From assembly GCA_964016885.1 (NCBI GenBank), contig OZ024754.1, forward strand, positions 9,734,001 through 9,798,000: DNA of 64,000 bases. The letters run 5' to 3'. Every line of letters starts with the position of its first letter. Position 1 is the first letter of the stretch. This document shows positions 57,005 to 64,000 of this stretch, one piece after another. The translations under genes and the position numbers were made by a program. A model generated the notes under the pieces. That model searched no databases, was not told the DNA's origin, and saw only the letters and a program-made list of their open reading frames with translations. This DNA is from Eledone cirrhosa (lineage: Eukaryota).

Positions 57005-57088
57005 TATAAAACAAACAAACAAACAAACAAAAAAAAAATAATAAACAAACAAAAAACAAGAAAAACTGGGTCAAGAAAAACATTTATT
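57005..57088 (-). terminator. Candidate polyadenylation signal of the kinase gene
   Basis: Minus-strand AATAAA at 57083-57088 followed by a strongly U/GU-rich stretch, giving a ~2.4 kb 3' UTR. Other AATAAA sites exist, so this is tentative. Confidence 0.35.
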
Positions 57089-57647
57089 TTGTAAAACATT
57101 AAATTTTAGCTCAGTAAGGGTTAGTAAACCTTTTAGCATAGTAGAGGTGGGGGGTTGTAGTGTTAGTGGTGGGAGTAAAGGTTGGTGGTGTTTTTTTTGT
57201 TTATTTTTTTCCAGATTTTTTTTTTTATGCACATGATTTATTTATTTATTTATTTATTATATATATATTTTTTTTTTGGGGGGGGGGGGGGGGAGAGTAT
57301 TTATTTTGTCTCGGATGCAGGTGTGGGTGGGGTTCGATCAGGTTAAGTCAGGGCAGAAATGGGGAGGAAAAGAAGGTAAAGGGGAGGGGGGTCACTTACA
57401 ATAATAAGATTTGTTAGTTGTTTTGCAAGGTAACAAGAAGAGAAAGAAAGCAGATTAGAAGGCAAGGGTATGTGGGGTGGGGGCAAGGAGAGAGGCGGTG
57501 GTGTGTTAAAGACAGTAGTTATTCAACAACCAAATGTCTCACTTCAAATTTCGAAGACAACTTAGAAAACCTTTTTAAAGAGAAGTTTGTCTTTTCTATC
57601 ATTTGAAAGAGATAAATAAATAAATAGATACTGGGAGAATTTGGTTG

Positions 57648-57689
<42 letters not shown>

Positions 57690-57704
57690 TATATATATAT
57701 ATAG

Positions 57705-57739
<35 letters not shown>

Positions 57740-57812
57740 CGTAGGTCCCGGATTGAGTCGGGGATAACCACAGTAAGTAAGGTACTCAATACATGGCAGA
57801 GTAAAATTTTTT

Positions 57813-57900
57813 TATTTTATAGATGGAGCTTCTACAGGACTAGTACTGTTTCATCTGAATGAAACAGTACTAGTCCTGTAGAAGCTCCTTCTATAAAATA
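57813..57900. repeat. Palindrome with 42-bp arms (one mismatch) and 4-nt loop
   Basis: Left arm ...gagcttctacaggactagtactgtttcat, loop ctga, then the reverse complement. Confidence 0.9.
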
Positions 57901-58254
57901 TATATATATATATATATATATGTGTGTATGTGTATGTATAATTTTATAATCACTGATGGCTGTATCAAAGCATACAGTATTTCAAATAATTCACTGATAG
58001 CAAAAGATATCTTTAAAAAAAGAAAAGATAAGAGATAAGAACATGAAGTGGGTGGCGGGTGGGGTGGGGTGGGGGAGAGGGAGGAGGACATAGAAGTGAT
58101 AAGCTTGGCCAACTGGCAGTGGAGAAGTTGGAGTGGTGGTGGTGGAGGAGGTGGTGGTGGTGGTGATGAAGAGAAATATGGAAGGAGAGCAAAGTAACTG
58201 GACAAGAAGGTAAATATATATATAGAAATGTATATATATATATATGTATATGTG

Positions 58255-58336
<82 letters not shown>

Positions 58337-58532
58337 TATATATATATATACATTTATATATATATGTATATATATATATAATGTGTGTATATATATGTAT
58401 ATATATATATACATTTATATATATATGTATGTATATATATATATATGTGTGTATATATATATACATGTATATATATATACACACACACATATATATATAC
58501 ACATATATATATATATATATGTGTATATAAAC

Positions 58533-58573
<41 letters not shown>

Positions 58574-59016
58574 TATGTATATATTTATGTATGTATTAAA
58601 TTAAAGAAATAAAAATAACTGAACAGCAACAACAACAAAATAAAAAGAAGACAGGAGACAGGTGGTGAATGTAGATTGAGGGGGGGAGGAGGCAGGACTG
58701 GGAAATGATGGCAGTTTTTTTTTTTTTTTAATTTTCCTCCGGAAAATATGATGACTATATTATGAAATCATTGATCATTGATTTTCTAATGAACAGTTAT
58801 TGGTATTGGGTGGTGATACGCTTGGGGTTGAAACCAGGTATGGTTGTCCCAGAGGATTTTTCAGGGAAGGCTCATACTTGCCATTATGATAGAGGCAGAC
58901 ATACCTTATTTGTGTATGTATGTATGTGTGTCTGTTTGTGTGTGTGTCTGTTTGTGGATGTATGCATGTTTAACACACACATGAACATAGCTTCATACAT
59001 ATATATTCATATGCAA

Positions 59017-59062
<46 letters not shown>

Positions 59063-59083
59063 CTATTGATATGTGTGTATGTA

Positions 59084-59126
<43 letters not shown>

Positions 59127-59406
59127 ATGTTTATATATATATATATGTTTATATATATATATATGTTTATATATATATATATGTTTATATATATATATAT
59201 ATGTTTATATATATATATATATGTTTATATATATATATATATACACATATATCTATGTATATATACAGAAACATGCAAGTATACATGTAAAATATATAAA
59301 TATACATATCGAAACACATGCACACAAATACAGTAATTTCTTATGCCTGCATATATTTGTGTGCAGGTATGAATGTGTATGCAAGTTGTGTAAATATGTA
59401 TGTGTG

Positions 59407-59442
<36 letters not shown>

Positions 59443-59483
59443 AGTGAGTGTGTGTTAAAGTTGCTGTCTCAATTGTGTCCAGT

Positions 59484-59567
59484 TCACCAGTTGGTCAAAC
59501 CAGGTCTGTTTAAAGTCATGAAGTATATTTGGCAAGATGAACCAGACCGCACGGATGAAAAGAAAAC
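59484..59567 (-). CDS. msn: Last coding exon of a misshapen/MAP4K4/TNIK/MINK1-family Ste20 kinase (CNH domain C-terminus)
   Basis: After acceptor tccctactttcag the reverse strand reads [27 protein letters not shown], matching the family C-terminus (VFFASVRSGGSSQVYFMTL...W*). Phase 0, in frame with the upstream exon. Not in the ORF track. Confidence 0.95.
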   Translation of the reverse strand, partial: VFFSSVRSGSSCQIYFMTLNRPGLTNW

Positions 59568-59694
59568 CTGAAAGTAGGGAAGAAAAGAAAACCACTTTAG
59601 TGTTAGCTCACCAGAAAACACACTCTTACATCTAATTCTATCTTAGTTCTTCCTTAAACATGCAACGGAACTTCAGGAGAGTAAAACCAAAAGT

Positions 59695-60248
59695 ATGGTC
59701 AGGTCAGGCTTCTACCAGCTATTGATACCACATAACCCAGTACAACCTGTTTCATGGTCAATATCAGACCAGGTCAGGCTTCTACCAGCTACTGGTATCA
59801 TATAACCCAGTACAACCTGTTTCATTGTCAATATCAGACCAGGTCAGGCTTCTACCAGCTATTGGTACCATATAACCCAGTACAACCTGTTTCATGGTCA
59901 ATATCAGACCAGGTCAGGCTTCTACCAGCTACTAGTACCATATAACCCAGTACAACCTGTTTCATGGTCAATATTAGACCAGGTCAGGCTTCAACCAGCT
60001 ACTGGTATCATATAACCCAGTACAACCTGTTTCATGGTCAATATTAGACCAGGTCAGGCTTCTACCAGCTATTGGTATCATATAACCCAGTACAACCTGT
60101 TTCATGGTCAATATTAGACCAGGTCAGGCTTCTACCAGCTATTGGTATCATATAACCCAGTACAACCTGCTCCGCAGTCAATACCAGACCAGGTCAGGCT
60201 TCTACCAGCTATTGGTACCACGTAACCCAGTACAACCGGCTTCATGGT
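59695..60248. repeat. 70-bp intronic minisatellite, ~8 copies
   Basis: ggtcaggct recurs at 59702, 59772, 59842 and so on to 60192. Confidence 0.95.
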
Positions 60249-61066
60249 GAAGTGGTCAGTGTCTAAACTGGCTTCCCAGGAATGCAAGGAACTTTGTGTG
60301 TGTATTTTATTGGCAGCAGCAGCAGCAGCAGCAAGGCAGGGTGGGGGAGTTTATTAGTATAACATAAATACAGTTAATAATTGTTACTACTTTTGGCACA
60401 AGGTCAGCAATTACACCAGTGTACTACTGGTGCTTTATGTTATTGATCTCGTAAGGATGAAAGACAAAGTTAACCTCGGCAGGATTTGAACTCAAACAGT
60501 AAAGGGTTGTAACGCAAAACATGGCGTCCGAACCTCTAACGATACTGTCAATCCACTGCCAAATACAGTTAGTAATCTTAATCCATGATTAAGGTAATGA
60601 TGATAAATTCTTGGAATGAGTGTAGCATTGAAAGTATAACTTTCATTGAACATATAACTTTCCATTTGTTCTGCTATTAGGAATCGACCAACAAGATCTT
60701 AGACCTCATTCATTTACCAAGTGGGGTGGAACTCATCCAATTGGACTAAGGAAGCAATATTTCCATTGCTGATACTATCTAAAGGTTGCAACTCTCAGTA
60801 GATAGAGCAAACGTGAAATAAAATGTCTTGCTCAAGGAGATAACACATTGCAAAGTCTGGGAATCAAACTCGCAACCTCATGATTGCAAATCCAATTCTC
60901 AAACCATTAAACCATGTACCTTCTGCTACGAAACTTGGAAAAGTAGTAAACTCTAACTATATTATCGCTATTAAGTTAGACATGGCCTGGGCCAATACTG
61001 GCCAAAAGTTATGAAAGTTATCTAAGATGAAGCAACATAAATTGAATATTAGAAAGTTCCATTTAA

Positions 61067-61287
61067 CCCATTAGCATTTAAACCGGCCATATCTGACCAG
61101 AATTATTTCACCTCTTACTACTTAAATCAACCATAACTGGTTGCTCATACTAATGTTAAAGTATTGTTCTCAAAATAGATAATATCAAAATCTCATAGAT
61201 TCCATATTATGTGAGATAATTATGTAAGACAAAGCCATTACCATGAAAATACAATATTATATATAGAGTAATGTAAATGCTAAAGGG
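61067..61287. mobile_element. piggyBac-like MITE in the last kinase intron
   Basis: TTAA|CCCATTAGCATTTA...TAAATGCTAAAGGG|TTAA, homologous to 951-1170. Confidence 0.82.
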
Positions 61288-61338
61288 TTAAAAGAATTAA
61301 CAAAAGAGAAAAAATAATGCAACAAGTAAAATAGTTAC

Positions 61339-61478
61339 CTTATCATTGCGTTCACACAAAAATTTGAGTTTTTGGGCTTTTTTGTGCATAAAAACTCCAT
61401 TCAAGTGGCCCGTGTCAGCTGCTCTGATCTCTATAGCTTTATTTCCCCAGCCCATTATCTGACCAGTGCTGATATAGG
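61339..61478 (-). CDS. msn: Penultimate coding exon of the same kinase (CNH domain)
   Basis: (A)[46 protein letters not shown] matches MAP4K4 ..[39 protein letters not shown]. Acceptor ttttatcatttcag, donor AAG|gtaact; 140 bp, phase 1 to phase 0. Earlier exons lie beyond the window end. Confidence 0.96.
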
Positions 61479-61786
61479 CTGAAATGATAAAATAAGAGAA
61501 AATTGTACACAGTGATAGCAATAACCAGAAGCAACAACATCAACATCAACATCAGAGCCACATATTGTGGCAGTAATTTGAAATACTTAACACATCACTG
61601 AAACCTCTCCAGACAAAAAAAACACCCCTCAGTTATTTTATATTGGATGTGGTGAGATTTCAATTATATATTGGTTGAATATAACAAACAGAAAAAGAAG
61701 TTTAAACTTACATAGAAATAAAAAAAAAAAAAGAAGAGAGGAAAATGAACAACAGGGAAGATATACGGGAAGACTTAAATGAAGGA

Positions 61787-62145
61787 ATGTGATGTGAAAT
61801 ATGTGAAAGGGTGTGGTGTGGGTATTGAAAGAATGTGATGTGAAATATGTGAAAGGGTGTGGTGTGAAATATGTGAAAGAGTGTGATGTGAAATATGTGA
61901 AAGAAAGTGGTGTGGAAATGTGAAAGACTGTGATGTGAAAATGTGAAAGAAAGTGATGTGAAAATGTGAAAGAAAGTGGTATGGAAATGTGAAAGAATGT
62001 GATGTGAAAATGTGAAAGAAAGTGATGTGAAAATGTGAAAGAAAGTGATGTGGATATGTGAAAGAAAGTGATGTGAAAATGTGAAAGAAAGTGATGTGGA
62101 TATGTGAAAGAATGTGATGTGAAAATGTGAAAGAATGTGATGTGC
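61787..62145. repeat. ~23-bp intronic minisatellite
   Basis: gtgatgtgaaaatgtgaaagaaa units. Confidence 0.9.
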
Positions 62146-63665
62146 TACTACTGTTGCTGCCGCTGTTACTACTACTACTATTGCTACTACTACTGCAACT
62201 ACTACTGCTGCTATTGCTACTACTATGACCAGCAACATCACCCCCACCACCTTAATCAATGACTGATTCGATTGTTGTTGAGAAGAAATAACAGATTATT
62301 CCTTTTTAATAAAATTACCAGGTGTGGGGTGTGGGGGTGGACAACAAAATTCTAACAACAACAACAACAACATCAAATAAATAATACAAAAACTCCCACA
62401 TAGAAAAAAGGCAAACCACTGCTAGCAGTAATAGCACCACCCTCCTACACAACCACCACCACCACCTACACACATCACTTGCACCACCCTCCTACACAAA
62501 CACCACCAACATCATCATCATCATCACCAACACCACCACTAACACCATCACCAACATCATCATCACCAACACCACCACCAACATCATCATCACCACCATC
62601 ACCACTAACATCATCACCACCATAACCACCATCACCAACACCACCACCACCATCATCACCACCACTAACATCATCATCACCACCAACAACACCACCACCG
62701 CCACTACTACTACTACTACTACTGAAATTCCTATGAGATTCAGTAAATTATTGATATGTCACTGTGAATGAGTTCATTACCTCCAATGAAAAGAAAAGTA
62801 AAAAAGAAATCAAGCAAGAAAGAAGGAAAGAAAGAAGGAAAGAAGTTGCCAGTTGTCCCAAAACTGTGTCAGCACCATTCCATCTTTCCCAACAGTTGTC
62901 AAGATCAATAGGATTCCATTGGAACACCAACACAACTTTCACATTTCTTTACATTTTCTTATACACACATACTCTCTCTCTCTCTCGCACACACACATAC
63001 TCTATCTCTCACACACACACAATCTCTCTCTCTCACACACACACACACACAATCTCTCTCTCTCTCGCACACACACACACACAATCTCTCTCTCTCCCAC
63101 ACACACATACTCTATCTCTCTCTCTCACACACACACATACAATCTCTCTCTCTCCCACACACATACAATCTCTCTCTCTCCCACACACATACAATCTCTC
63201 TCTCTCCCACACACACAATCTCTCTCTCTCTCTCGCATACACACTCTCTCTCCTACACATTCTCTCTCTCCCACCCCACACACTCTCCCCACTCTCTCAC
63301 ACATCACACATCACTCACACATCACTCACACTCTCTCTCTCCCACACACCCCCTCTCTCACCTTTATATTTTACTCATTTAATTAAATTTTCATTTTCCT
63401 TACTTTTTATACATAAATAGAGAAAACTTGGTTGTTTGAGAAAGGGAGGGAGGAGGGAACAAACCAACCTAAAGACCACCTGTAAAACACTGATATAACA
63501 CACACACACATATATATATATATACACATAACACACACACACATACATATATATACACATAACACACACACACATACATATATATATACATAACACACAC
63601 ACACATACATATATATACACACATACACACACACATATATATATATATAACACATACACGCACAC

Positions 63666-63699
<34 letters not shown>

Positions 63700-64000
63700 A
63701 CACACACATATATATATATATAACACATACACGCACATATATATATATATATATATACACACATACACACGCACATATATATATATACACACATACACAC
63801 ACACATATATATATACACACACACACACACACATATATAACATTGATCACACAGATTTCATTTTTAGGTTATCCAAAAAATGATGATACTACTACTACTA
63901 CCACTACCATTACTACCACCACCACCACTACTACCATTACTACCACCACCACCACCACTACTACCATTACTACCATTACTACCATTACTACCACCACCAC

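Noticed and set aside
58762-59571. 269-aa plus-strand ORF
   Set aside because: Microsatellite translation lying antisense to the real last exon.
62748-62942. ORF with VVLVFQW, resembling the upstream CNH exon (DVVLQWGE)
   Set aside because: Lacks EGVYV and WGE.P motifs and a compatible phase-1 donor.

Overview
AT-rich, repeat-dominated eukaryotic DNA. The SINE families and (TA)n load suggest an octopod cephalopod; this is inferred, not proven. The only host gene I can support is the 3' end of a minus-strand misshapen/MAP4K4/TNIK/MINK1-type kinase (last two CNH-domain exons, 61339-61478 and 59484-59567) plus a probable 3' UTR. The rest is SINEs, MITEs, decayed LINE/Helitron fragments and minisatellites; most long ORFs in the track are simple-repeat artefacts. 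The main unannotated signal is about a dozen type I hammerhead ribozyme motifs from several unrelated sequence families, with short stem III segments that are usually palindromic. They sit in short non-coding elements embedded in (TA)n tracts and often form long inverted repeats whose breakpoints fall in stem II or at the cleavage site. This resembles Penelope-like pseudo-LTRs or retrozymes. All folds were paired by eye, not computed.
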